Below, piece after piece: positions 38,036-50,125 of a DNA stretch of 64,000 nucleotides. The notes below the pieces were generated by a model. That model was not told the origin of the DNA. It made no database searches and saw only the letters and a program-made list of their open reading frames with translations. The stretch covers positions 172,546,001-172,610,000 of the forward strand of contig NC_086100.1 of NCBI RefSeq assembly GCF_963921235.1, in the 5' to 3' direction. The position numbers and the translations under genes are program-made. Origin of the DNA: Mobula hypostoma. Lineage: Eukaryota. Numbering within the stretch: the first letter of the stretch is position 1; each line of letters begins with the position of its first letter.

Positions 38036-38567
38036 CAATAATTGAAGTTTTAGAAGTTATTTTAAATTACTTGAACTGTTTCTGAACTTCATACTTGTAC
38101 ATTTTATATAATTCTAAACTGCCTTTTAGCTTTATACTTCAGAGGCAATTATTACATATTTTTATATCTGCAGTTGTCCACATTATCACTACAAATTACA
38201 CGATTACTGCAGAAAAAAACACAATTATGGGTGGTAAATACCTATGAGAGAATTGAGATGTATTTTTTTAAACACAGTTCTCCTTTATTGACGATTGCTG
38301 AATCCTGTTACTATTGTGGTGATGGGATTTTCTGATTTCCTACAGGAAAATGTTATTAGTCATTGTATTTTCTGGGACAGGGTGTTCTTCAACTGCACTT
38401 TGCTAGTTCCCTGAATAACAGAGATATTAGGAAGCCTGGATTTATTACCTAATGGAGATTTTGGTAATGGACCTTATTGAAGTACAGTAGTCTGTATGAT
38501 GATGATGCTTCCACAATTCCTCCAGTAGAGGGAGGAAAATGGTGCAACACTCTCTAGCTTGTTTAAC

Positions 38568-38573
38568 AATAAA
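38568..38573 (+). terminator. Candidate TMEM129 polyadenylation signal
   Basis: AATAAA in non-repeat sequence about 1.56 kb after the stop, followed by GT/T-rich sequence. An earlier AATAAA at 37930 lies inside a SINE. Confidence 0.35.
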
Positions 38574-38849
38574 TGCAAAGAATAGTGTGCTGTAATTTCA
38601 TTTTAAATCCTTGTAGATAAACAGATGACACATTATCTTCATTCACATGAAACGATGATTTAACACAATTCTTACACCCTGAAATCATCAGTAAAGCCAA
38701 CTATAATCCTTTCCATTTGGTAGTAACAAAAATGTGCATTTTGATTAAACTAAGCAGCATTTGAAAATTGTCATGCTGATGGGGTTTTCTCTAGGAATAG
38801 ATCTAAACTCTTGCTGGCCTTGCTCTTTGTTCAATGAAAGGGAAAACCA

Positions 38850-40300
38850 ATACATTAGCGAAGAAGATTCTTAGTTCTGAGAACATTGATGTGGAATTTT
38901 CATGATTGGAGTTAAGGAACAGCAGTATATTGACTACCAATAGTAGGGATGGCATTAAACAGGAAACCAGATGCATAAAATAAGGGCACAACTCTAATCA
39001 AAGGATAACTGATGTACAGATAGGTCAAGCAAATCGAATTAGAAATAATAATGTAGAGGAGGAATTTCTGGAGTGTATGCAAGGTTGATACCAGTATGTT
39101 CTGGAGACAGGCTGTCCTATTTTGGGTGCAGTGTAATCAGAAAGGATTACTAAACAATCGTGGGGGAAAGGAATAATCCTTCTGATCGTAATTAATTCTT
39201 CATTAAGATGGAAAGTTAGAGAGTTGATTTTGAAATGTGGGTCCTGAATCAAAATAAACAATAATATTATTGAGCCAGAGTTGGAAACCTATAGGTATGG
39301 CAGTGGATGGTCAAAAGCATATCTTTAATGAGAGTATGAATTAATGATAACAGTCATTCATTCCTGTCTGATGCAAAACTAAAACAGAAAAGGTGACTCA
39401 TCTATGGATTTCAACATCTGTGAGGGTTACTATCAAATTTCTGGGGGGAAAGTAGAGAAAAAAGCCAGTTAAAGTGGAAACCGGAGGATTTGGAGCTGAT
39501 TAAGGAGGACAAAGGGGTTGATACAGAAAAGGAAAACAGAGTGTGTGCACGACCTAGAGAGCACAAACTAATTGTAAAGGCCTCGATAGATAAACAAGGA
39601 CAAATGTAGGCCACTACAGTCAGGAACTGAAGAAAAAAGATGGCAAGCCAATTGAATTCATAGTTTGGAAACAAATAATCTTACAGAAACATAGCGTTGA
39701 GTAAGAGGGAGGAACTAAATAAAATAAATATCACAAGGGAAATAATTTGGGGGAAATTGGAGGGATTAAATCCACAGGGGCTGATGGTCTGCATCTCATT
39801 GCATTTCAGGAAGTAGACCTAGAAATAATGAGATGCTTTGATCATCTGGAGCTTTTGCAGTGGATTGGAGGATAGATAACCTGACTATTTTAAAAAGAGA
39901 TAGACAGAGAAAAGAGGGAAGCTAGAGACCAGTTATCTTAGAGATCAATAGTAGGCAAATTGCAAGAGTCCATTATAAATGATATAATAGCCTGGGACTT
40001 GGAGAAGAGAGATATGATCTGACAAAGTTAACATTGGTTAAAGGAAAATTATACTAGACAATTCAACTGGAATTTTTTTTAATGAGCTTTATTTCAACTT
40101 TTAAGAAACTTTTTGATAAAGTTCACATGTAAAAGATATAAGAGGTTAGTATATGAAATTAAATCACTTGGGATTGAGAGCAAAGTGTTGACGAATAGAG
40201 AACTGGCTGTCTGAGAAGAAGCAGAAATGGGTCCTTTTTTCCCCAAATTGGCAGATAGTGTCTTGTGGGTTACCAATGCTGGGACCAATCTGATTCTTAA
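38850..40300 (+). mobile_element. Old CR1 fragment
   Basis: EEEFLEC, PGADGLH and RPVIL remnants with many stops. Confidence 0.55.
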
Positions 40301-40945
40301 ATAGGCCACAGTTTGCCCATCAAGCATAATACTTGTCATGGAATATTGTGTGTCCATCTATTCTATTTATGAAATCCAATTAATATGCATACATTCTAGT
40401 GTAATTTATAATGCTGCCACCTTGAGATTCTTGAGTGTTTTAAAGTTTGGTGCTTTATAATGTTCTCTAATATGAAGTGTCCCATATGCTGATCTTGTGA
40501 TATGCATAACTAATGATGCTCTTATTCAAACACTTTGATTTGGGCATCTTTGGGGCCAGCATTTATTAACCATTGCTCTCTCCCCTTGAAAGTGAAGGCG
40601 AGTAACATTCTAGAATTATTGCACTATGGAAATGTAATCCCATTTGTTGTGTTGAGTTCCAAGATTTTAAACCAGCCATGAGAAAGAATTGGTGAATCAG
40701 GATGGAGTGTGATTTGACACGGTACTTGCTATTGGCATTGTTGCTGTGCTCCTGCTATCCTTTGAGTCACAGCTTTGGAATATGCGTGGTAGATACTGTA
40801 GTTGTATTGAAGATGGAAGAAGTGAGTATTTGAAGTGGAGTGCATAATGCTAATTAAGCAATGTCCTGAATATCTATTGATCAAAAGTGTAAGGAGCAGA
40901 TCATAAATTGATATTGTAAGCAACACTATAGTTAGATTGATTCCT

Positions 40946-43900
40946 TTTTAAATCTTTTTATTGAGTAAGTATACAAAAAAGGTAAGCCATATAAACATTA
41001 ATACAATGTTAAAGTACAATAAAATTCCAAAAGATAACAATACCAAAAAGAAAATACTACAAACAATGTAATTTAAGCATAAGAAACCAAGATAACATAA
41101 TAGTATACTAGATTTTATATATATCAATGGAAAAAAAAAGAAAAAAGAAAAAAAAAACCCCCCAAAAAAAAACCCACCGTGCAACTACCTAAAAGCAAAG
41201 CAAAGCAATGGGCTAACTTGAAACCAAACAGAGTTAAACTTAAAATCACGTCCTCAATCCCGACCTCCATTAAAACAGTGAAAAAAAAACAAGAAGGGTA
41301 AATATTACATTAAATGAAAATATCGAATAAAAGGTCCCCAAATCTGTTCAAATTTAAATGAAGAATCATAAAGGTTACTTCTAATTTTCTCCAGATTCAA
41401 ACATAAAATCGTCTGAGAAAACCAAAAAAAGGTAGTTGGAGCATTAAGCTCTTTCCAATGTTGTAAAATACATCTTTTCGCCATTAAAGTAAGAAATGCA
41501 ATCATTCTACGGGCTGAAGGGGAAAGATTACTAGAAATTTTAGGTAGTCCAAAGATAGCAGTAATAGGGTGAGGAGAGATATCTATATTTAATACCTTAG
41601 AAATAATATTGAAAATATCTCTCCAAAAAGTTTCCAAAGTAGGGCAAGACCAAAACATATGAGTTAAAGAGGCTATCTGCCCCGAACATCTATCACAGAA
41701 AGGATTAATATGCGAGTAAAAACGCGCTAACTTATCTTTGGACATATGTGCTCTATGAACCACTTTAAATTGAATTAGGGAATGTTTAGCACAAATAGAG
41801 GAAGTATTAACTAATTGTAAAATCTGCCCCCAATCATCCACAGAAATGGTAAGCCCCAATTCCTGTTCCCAATCTACCCTAATCTTATCAAATGGAGCTT
41901 TCCTAAGTTTCATAATAATATTATAAATCATAGCCGATGCACCTTTCTGACATGGATTAAGGTTAATTATCGAATCTAAAATATATATAGGAGGAAGCAT
42001 TGGAAAGGAAGAAAGTATAGTACTTAGGAAATTTCTAACTTGTAAATATCTAAAAAAATGTATTCTTGATAAGTTATATTTATTAGATAATTGTTCAAAA
42101 GACATAAGGGAACCATCTAAAAATAAATCCAAAAACCGTAAAATACCCTTAGTCTTCCAAGTTTGAAAAGCGCGATCCGTAAAAGAGGGAGGAAAAAATA
42201 TGTTACCTAAAATAGGAATCGCTAACCCGAATTGATTAAGATCAAAAAATTTTCTGAATTGAAACCAAATGCGCAAAGCATATTTAACTATCGGGTTAGA
42301 GACCTGCTTAAGGCGTTTCGAATCAAAAGGAAGAGAGGAACCTAAAATAGAACCAAGTGTATAACCCTGAACAGATTGTAATTCCAATGCTACCCATTTA
42401 GGAATAGATAGTATGTCCCGGTCAAGTAACCAAAATTTCATATGTCGAATATTAATAGCCCAATAATAAAATCTAAAGTTAGGTAATGCTAAACCTCCAT
42501 CTCTCTTAGCTTTCTGTAAATGTATTTTACCCAGTCTCGGATTCTTATTCTGCCAAATAAATGAAGAAATTTTAGAGTCAACTTTATCAAAAAAAGATTT
42601 AGGAACGAAAATTGGTAATGCCTGAAACACATATAAAAATTTTGGCAAAAAAAACATCTTAACTGCATTAATACGACCAATCAAAGTTAAATATAAGGGA
42701 AACCATTTAGATGAAAGTTGAGTAATATGGTCTATTAATGGTAAAAAGTTAGTCTTAAATAAATCTTTATGTTTACAAGTAATTTTAATCCCAAGATATG
42801 AAAAGTAATTATTAATCAATTTAAATGGAAATTTATAATATAAGGGAAGATGTTTATTAATCGGAAAAAGTTCACTCTTACTAAGATTTAATTTATAACC
42901 TGAGAAAAGACCAAATTGTGCTAATAACTCTAAAACAGCAGGAATGGATCTCTCAGGATTAGAAATATATAAAAGTAAATCATCAGCATAGAGTGATAAT
43001 TTATGGGACTTTAATCCCCGAGTTATCCCAGTAATATTTGAAGATTCTCGAATAGCAATTGCAAGAGGTTCTAATGCAATATCAAATAATAGGGGACTAA
43101 GAGGACAGCCTTGTCGAGTACCACGAAAGAGAGGAAAAAAAGGTGAGTTTAAGGAGTTAGTACGAACCGAGGCTACAGGGGAGTGATATAACAGTTTAAT
43201 CCAGGATATAAATTTCAAGCTAAAATTAAACATTTCAAGCACCTTAAATAAATAAGGCCATTCTACTCTATCAAAAGCTTTCTCGGCATCTAAAGAAATA
43301 ACACACTCAGGAACATTTTGTGAGGGAGTATAAACGATATTTAACAATGTACGAATATTATAAAAAGAGTAACGACCTTTAATAAAACCCGTTTGGTCTT
43401 CCGAAATAATAGAAGGAAGTACTTTTTCTAGTCTATTTGCTAATAACTTGGAAAAAACTTTAGAATCAACATTTAATAAAGATATTGGTCTATAAGATGC
43501 ACATTGAGCAGGGTCTTTATCCTTCTTTAGTATTAAAGAAATTGATGCTCTATTAAAAGATTCCGGAAGTTTACCAAGTTTCAAAGAAGCCTCAAAAACC
43601 TTATAGAGCCAAGGAATCAATAAAGAAGCAAAACATTTATAAAATTCAACGGTAAACCCATCAGGGCCAGGAGCTTTCCCCAGATTCATAGAAAAAATAA
43701 CATTCTTAATCTCATCCATTGTAATGGAAGTATCTAATAAAGAAGACATATCCTGTGAAATCTGAGGGAAGTCTAACTTATCTAAAAAATCATTCATATA
43801 TTTAGAATCTCGAGGAGACTCTGATTGATATAAAGAAGAATAAAAATCACAAAAGGTTTGATTAATCCCCACATGATCCAATATCAATCGATCATTTTGG

Positions 43901-45033
43901 TTATAAATCTGATTGATTTGAGATTTAACATAATTAGATTTCAATTGATTAGCCAGCAGCTTGCCAATTTTATCACTGTGAACATAAAAATCACTTCTTG
44001 TTTTCTTTAATTGGTTTACAATCGAAGACGAGAGTAGTAAACTGTGTTCCATTTGAAGTTCAGTTCTTTGTTTGTATAGCTCCTCAGAAGGAGCCATAAC
44101 ATATTTCTTATCAATTTCTTTAATCTTGTCCACAATTGCCATCTCCTCCTGCTTCTGTTTCTTCCTCAAAGCAACGGAATACGAAATAATCTGACCCCGA
44201 ATATAGGCTTTAAAAGTGTCCCAAAGAGTGTTAACCGAAATATCTTCTGTATGGTTAATTGTAAAAAAAAGCTCAATCTGTTCATTCATAAAATTAACAA
44301 AGTCCGAGTCCTGAAGCAACAGCGAATTAAAACGCCATTGTCTATTGTTTGGTATATTGGCCATAATTTTAATAGAAAGCTTAAGTGGAGCATGATCCGA
44401 AATGGTTATAGAATCATAATCACATTTAATCACTGAAGGAATGAGACGAGAATCAATGAAAAAATAATCAATTCTTGAATAGGAATGATGAACATGTGAA
44501 AAGAAGGAAAAATCTTTTTCCTGAGGATGCAGAAAACGCCAAATGTCCGTCGACCCAGAATCAGAAAGGAAAAAATTAATCAAATTTGCAGATTTATTAG
44601 GTAAAGTCCGTAAAGGAGCCGAACGGTCCAAAGCTGGAGATAAACAGGTATTAAGATCTCCGCCCCAAATCAATGAAAACTCGTTCAAATTCGGAAACTG
44701 ATCAAACAATGATTTATAAAATTCCGGACAATCCATATTAGGAGCATAAACATTAACCAAAACTACTTTTTTATTAAATAGTAAACCACTAACCAGTAAA
44801 AATCTACCATTCGGATCAGAGATAATATCCTGTTGTATAAAAGTAACTGAGGAGTCTATAAAAATAGAGACGCCTCGAATCTTAGCATTGGAGTTCGAAT
44901 GAAATTGTTGTCCCTTCCAGAATTTAAAAAAACGTAGTCTGTCCCCCCTCCGTACATGGGTCTCTTGTAAAAATAAAATTTGTGCTTTAAGTCTCCGGAA
45001 CACTTTAAAAACTTTTTTCCTTTTAATAGGATG
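40946..45033 (-). mobile_element. Young 5'-truncated L1-clade LINE with 15-bp TSD
   Basis: TSD gttagattgattcct at 40931-40945 and 45034-45048; minus-strand AATAAA (plus 40957-40962) followed by a short A tail; 3' UTR of about 360 nt. Confidence 0.95.
41305..45033 (-). CDS. L1 ORF2 (APE endonuclease, reverse transcriptase, CCHC), lacking its start codon
   Basis: Uninterrupted frame HPIKRKKVFKVFRR...FLQETH...GGDLN...SRIDY...SDHAP (endonuclease); KAPGPDG, YRPISLLN, SLDAEKAFDRV, GTRQGCPLSP, LYADD (RT); CDRC...HMFWSC (zinc knuckle). Confidence 0.93.
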   Translation of the reverse strand, partial: HPIKRKKVFKVFRRLKAQILFLQETHVRRGDRLRFFKFWKGQQFHSNSNAKIRGVSIFIDSSVTFIQQDIISDPNGRFLLVSGLLFNKKVVLVNVYAPNMDCPEFYKSLFDQFPNLNEFSLIWGGDLNTCLSPALDRSAPLRTLPNKSANLINFFLSDSGSTDIWRFLHPQEKDFSFFSHVHHSYSRIDYFFIDSRLIPSVIKCDYDSITISDHAPLKLSIKIMANIPNNRQWRFNSLLLQDSDFVNFMNEQIELFFTINHTEDISVNTLWDTFKAYIRGQIISYSVALRKKQKQEEMAIVDKIKEIDKKYVMAPSEELYKQRTELQMEHSLLLSSSIVNQLKKTRSDFYVHSDKIGKLLANQLKSNYVKSQINQIYNQNDRLILDHVGINQTFCDFYSSLYQSESPRDSKYMNDFLDKLDFPQISQDMSSLLDTSITMDEIKNVIFSMNLGKAPGPDGFTVEFYKCFASLLIPWLYKVFEASLKLGKLPESFNRASISLILKKDKDPAQCASYRPISLLNVDSKVFSKLLANRLEKVLPSIISEDQTGFIKGRYSFYNIRTLLNIVYTPSQNVPECVISLDAEKAFDRVEWPYLFKVLEMFNFSLKFISWIKLLYHSPVASVRTNSLNSPFFPLFRGTRQGCPLSPLLFDIALEPLAIAIRESSNITGITRGLKSHKLSLYADDLLLYISNPERSIPAVLELLAQFGLFSGYKLNLSKSELFPINKHLPLYYKFPFKLINNYFSYLGIKITCKHKDLFKTNFLPLIDHITQLSSKWFPLYLTLIGRINAVKMFFLPKFLYVFQALPIFVPKSFFDKVDSKISSFIWQNKNPRLGKIHLQKAKRDGGLALPNFRFYYWAINIRHMKFWLLDRDILSIPKWVALELQSVQGYTLGSILGSSLPFDSKRLKQVSNPIVKYALRIWFQFRKFFDLNQFGLAIPILGNIFFPPSFTDRAFQTWKTKGILRFLDLFLDGSLMSFEQLSNKYNLSRIHFFRYLQVRNFLSTILSSFPMLPPIYILDSIINLNPCQKGASAMIYNIIMKLRKAPFDKIRVDWEQELGLTISVDDWGQILQLVNTSSICAKHSLIQFKVVHRAHMSKDKLARFYSHINPFCDRCSGQIASLTHMFWSCPTLETFWRDIFNIISKVLNIDISPHPITAIFGLPKISSNLSPSARRMIAFLTLMAKRCILQHWKELNAPTTFFWFSQTILCLNLEKIRSNLYDSSFKFEQIWGPFIRYFHLM

Positions 45034-46084
45034 GTTAGATTGATTCCTGTTGTCAAAACATTTAGAATTGAAAGGGATAGGTCATGGTTTTTTTTTATGC
45101 CAGACCATTACCTTTCAATAATGGAAACTAGATACTGCATTTTAAAGCTCAGAATATCTTTCATGCAGACAAAATTACCAGTCATTTATATCCATCCTGA
45201 TAGATGGGTTTCTTCTAATTAGTGAATCCCAATATAAATACTCCATCTGTTTGAACATGCTGGTACGTTATAATTAAGTCTGTTACCAAAGTTTTTGAAA
45301 TATACATAGCTAGTTCAAATTAATTATTTATTCATTTGCGATGGATTGCTTACAAACTTAAAATAATCTGTCTTTCATCTTATATGTCACTTTTTTGGTG
45401 AGTAAATTAGCTTTCAGCACACTGATGAATTTACTTATCCCCCCCCCCAAGAGGAATGTAACTAATTATTGTGCAACTAATTATATTCACTTTCTTTTCC
45501 CACCACTTACGATATTTCTGGATTATGTGTGACTGTTTGGGCATATTGAATTTTGCCCTTTTCACTCTTTGGTGATCTTTAATCCATTCTTCAATATACA
45601 TCCTGAAATTCTTTTTCTTCACAAACATCCAGGAAAACAGAGGAGTGCCCCAAAGAATGAATGACAGTTAAATGTTAGAACCCTAAAGCCCCCCCCCAAC
45701 TCCCCCTTCCCATGCAAAAGCAGCAGCAAAGTACATCGTGAACTTGGTATGTACTGGATGGCTTCTACAAAATAGTTATTATCTTGCAGTTCGTAACCTG
45801 CAAATGCCAAATTCTAGTACAATTAAATACTAAATAGGGTCTGGTTAAAGTACATAAATGGATTTTGTAGCCTGGGAGATGGTGGAAAGCTATAGTGGAA
45901 ACAAATATGTTGCACTTGGGAGATATAACATCAAAATGTGAAAAGGAATGGAAAATGTGGAGGAACCAAAAGCTATGGATCCCTTTAGATGGCAGAGCGT
46001 GTAGGTTAGGTAGCTAAGAAGAAATGGAATGCTAGTTGAGTCATATAATAAAGCAGAAAGATGTCATCACAGCTATGTAGCATA

Positions 46085-46692
46085 TACTCAGAGGCCCTGT
46101 TAGGCGCAGGAGTGAAGCCCAGTGTGGTCTGCTGCTGCTGAAGTCTATCCACTTCAAGGTTTGACATGTGCGTTCAGAGATGCTCTCTGCATACCGCTAT
46201 TATAATGTGTGGTTACTTGAGTTGCTGTTGTCTTCCTGTCAGCTTGAAAAAGTCTGGGTATTCTCTGACCAAGGTATTTTTGCCCACAGAACTGGCGCTC
46301 ACTGGATGCTTTTTTATTGCTTTTTGCACCATTCTCTGTAAACTGTAGAGCACAGGTTCCTACCCTGGGGTCCAGGGACCCCTCAGTTAACAGTAGTGGT
46401 CCATGGCATAAAAAAGGTTGGTAACCTCTGCTCAAGAGACTGTTGTGTGTGAAAATCCCAGGAGATTAGCAGATTCTGTGATTCTCAGACCACCCTGTCT
46501 GGTACCAGCAATCATTCCACAGTCAAAGTCACTGAGATCACACTTCTTCCCCATTTTGATGCTTGGTCTGAACACCAACTGAACCACTTGACTATGTCTA
46601 CATATTTTTATGCCTTGAGTTGCTGTCACATCACTGGCTGATTAGATATTTGCATTAATGAGCAGGTGTACCTAATTAAATGGCCACTGAGT
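46085..46692 (-). mobile_element. Tc1-like non-autonomous element containing a hAT MITE
   Basis: Reverse copy of 7939-8436, ending cctaattaaatggccactgag. Confidence 0.75.
46351..46430. mobile_element. 80-bp hAT/Charlie-like MITE
   Basis: TIRs cacaggttcctacc / ggttggtaacctctg; 8-bp flanks ctgtagag / ctcaagag resemble the NTCTAGAN target; second copy at 59606-59685. Confidence 0.75.
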
Positions 46693-46745
46693 TCATTAGT
46701 TACCCCACAACTAGTGCATCGTGTACACTTGTGGCCAGTACATTA

Positions 46746-48257
46746 TAGAACATAGAATAGTACAGCACAGTACTAGCCCACAATGTTGTGCCGACCCTCA
46801 AACCCTGCCTCCCATATAAGCCCTCACCTTAAATTCCTCCATACACCTGTCTAGCAGTCTCTTAAACTTCACTAGTGTATCTGCCTCCACCACTGACTCA
46901 GGCAGTGCATTCCACGCACCAACTACTCTGAGTAAAAAACCCTTCCTCTAATATCCCCCTTGAACTTCCCACCACTTACCTTAAAGCCATGTCCTCTTGT
47001 AGTGAGCAGTGGTGCCCTGGGGAAGAGGCGCTGGCTATCCACTCTATCTATTCCTCTTATTATCTTGTACACCTCTATCATGTCTCCTCTCATCCTCCTT
47101 CTCTCCAAAGAGTAAAGCCCTAGCTCCCTTAATCTCTGATCATAATGCATACTTTCTAAACCAGGCAGCATCCTGGTAAATCTCCTCTGTACCCTTTCCA
47201 ATGCTTCCACATCCTTCCTATAGTGAGGTGACCAGAACTGGACACAGTACTCCAAGTGTGGCTGACCAGAGTTTTATAGAGCTGCATCATTACATCGCGA
47301 CTCTTAAACCCTATCCCTCGACTTATGAAAGCTAACACCCCATAAGCTTTCTTAACTACCCTATCCACCTGTTAGGCAACTTTCAGGGATCTATGGACAT
47401 GTACCCCGAGATCCCTCTGCTCCTCCACACTACCAAGTATCCTGCCATTTACTTTGTACTCTGCCTTGGAGTTTGCCCTTCCAAAGTGTACCACCTCACA
47501 CTTCTCCGGGTTGAACTCCATCTGCCACTTCTCAGCCCACTTCTGCATCCTATCAATGTCTCTCTGCAATCTTTGACAATCCTCTACACTATCTACAACA
47601 CCACCAACCTTTGTGTCGTCTGCAAACTTGCCAACCCACCCTTCTACCCCCACATCCAGGTCGTTAATAAAAATCACGAAAAGTAGAGGTCCCAGAACAG
47701 ATCCTTGTGGGACACCACTAGTCACAATCCTCCAATCTGAATGTACTCCCTCCACCACCACCCTCTGCCTTCTGCAGACAAGCCAATTCTGAATCCACCT
47801 GGCCAAACTTCCCTGGATCCCATGCCTTCTAACTTTCTGAATAAGCCTACCATGTGGAACCTTGTCAAATGCCTTACTAAAATCCATATAGATCACATCC
47901 ACTGCACTACCCTCATCTATATGCCTGGTCACCTCCTCAAAGAACTCTATCAGGCTTGTTAGACACGATCTGCCCTTCACAAAGCCATGCTGACTGTCCC
48001 CGATCAGACCATGATTCTCTAAATGCCTATAGATCCTATCTCTTAAGAATCTTTTCCAACAGCTTTCCCACCACAGACGTAAGACTCACTGGTCTATAAT
48101 TACCCAGACTATCCCTACTACTTTTTTTGAACAAGGGGACAACATTCGCCTCCTTCCAATCCTCCTGTACCATTCCCGTGGACAACGAGGACATAAAGAT
48201 CCTAGCCAGAGGGTCAGCAATCTCTTCTCTCGTCTCGTGGAGCAGCCTGGGGAATAT
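46746..48257 (-). mobile_element. CR1 LINE, 5'-truncated, few frameshifts
   Basis: YRPVSLTSVVGK, YMDFSKAFDKVPH, PQGSVLGP, KFADDTK, EYCVQFWSP; (ttctatg)n tail. Confidence 0.92.
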
Positions 48258-49789
48258 TGATAGCATTACAAAGGGCTCAGAACAAATTAGCAAGGATCAT
48301 CAGGAATAATGATTTTAAACTGTGTGAAGGTTTGGTTGAAGTTTATAAAATTATGAGAGCCCTACAGAGTGTGAATAAGAAAAAATTTTTCTTTATTTGT
48401 GTGCTCAGTAGCCTTGCCTGATACCAGTATCACAAAACAGACACTATTCTGAAAAGCATACACAAACTGCTGGAGGAACACAGCAGGTCAGACAGCATCA
48501 ATGGAGGGGAACAATTTCTTCAATCTCACCAAATATCACAACATTTTTGGCATAAGCTATCGATTCCAATTCTAGTTTCTGCAATAAAAACACACATAGG
48601 AAATAAAGGCGTGGATTATTTGCACATTAATACCCCTTTGAGATCCTTACTCCTGCCTTGTCTTAGCACCCAAAGCCCATAGTAATTTGTGAATTCTGAT
48701 CATCCCGGTTGTCTAACATGGTATTCAAGACTGTATCAAGTATAATTAGCCTCATAGTCTTTTTTTAGCACAACACTACAGAGCCACAGAGTAATACATC
48801 ATGGAAACAGGCCCTTTAGCTCAACGCATCCATGACAAACAAGATGCCCATCCAAGCTCGTTCCGTTATGAAATATAATAAATATTTGACTTGGGCATTG
48901 CAAAATAGGATGACATATTGAACTACTTTGATTAAATTAAAGTCTGCCAAAACTTGATCAGACAAAATAGGTAATAGTGTGCACATCCTAATTAATTTCA
49001 AAGAGCTGGGACGATAAGACATTGAGAAGCTGTGAGAGCAATTTTTAGAGATATTTATTTTAGAGACGTCCAGCATGCTAACAAGCCCAACAAACCAGTG
49101 CCACTTAATTAGACCCATGTGACCCATACAACTTTGGAACGTGGGAGGAAACTAGAGCACACAGAAGAAACCCATATGATCATGGGAAAGCATAGAAACT
49201 CCTTACAAGGACTGACTCCTTACAAATGTTCTGTCCTCAGTGCAGAATGCCTTTCCAAGGGATCTGACTTCCCCCTAAAATGAGGGGAATTCATACTTAG
49301 TGGCCGGGTCTCTGACTCTGAGTAATGTTACTTTCCTGCAAAAATGAAAACTTCATAAAGAAGCTGCACTTCTTTCAACATTAATTTCCTAGTTGGTATT
49401 AGCACAGCAGAAATACTACAGGAAGGTTATGTCCTGTGAGATTGTGTGAAGGTCGAAACACAATGTAAGATGGAAGTGTGCAGAAGACTTTGGTAGAATT
49501 GTAGCCCACTATATTTGATAGAAAGGAGGGTGAGAGCCCTGATATCTTCATTGTCCTCACCAGGTGGTTCAACCTTTTGCTGGGACTATGCTAGCATCCT
49601 AGAGGATACCTGTTAACAGGTTCTACCTATCTACATGATTCATGCCACTGCTACTGTTTGCAATTTGTATCAAAATATTTTGTTGGCAGATATATTTTCC
49701 TGACAGACATGCTAGGTCAATTGGAAAAATTGAAGCTGCTTGAATGGTGAGAGTCAGATAACGCAAGTTTTAGATATAGGATTACAAAC

Positions 49790-49905
49790 AGGAGAAAATC
49801 TACAGAACATTCACAAAATACTGAAGGAACTCAGCAGGTCAGGCAGCATCTATGGAAAAGAGTAAACAGTCAACGTTTCAGGCAGAGACCCTTCATCAGG
49901 ATTAT
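49790..49905 (-). mobile_element. Penelope pLTR fragment with hammerhead core
   Basis: Minus strand AAUC-CUGAUGA-AGGGUCUCUGCCU-GAAA-C-GUU-GACUG (49867-49903). Confidence 0.75.
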
Positions 49906-50125
49906 CCACACCGATGTAATTCTAGTGAATGTCTTGGAGAAGTTCTGTTCATTCCTTATTTGTTAGTCTTAAAGCAACAATTAACATCACCAGCGCTTAA
50001 TGTTCAATGCCCATCTCTGCCTTTAAGAAGTTTGTATGTTCTCCCAGTGACTGTGTAGGTTTCCTCCAGGTGCTCTGTTTTCCTTCTACGTTCCTAAAGC
50101 TATATGGGTTAAGGTTAGCAAGTTG

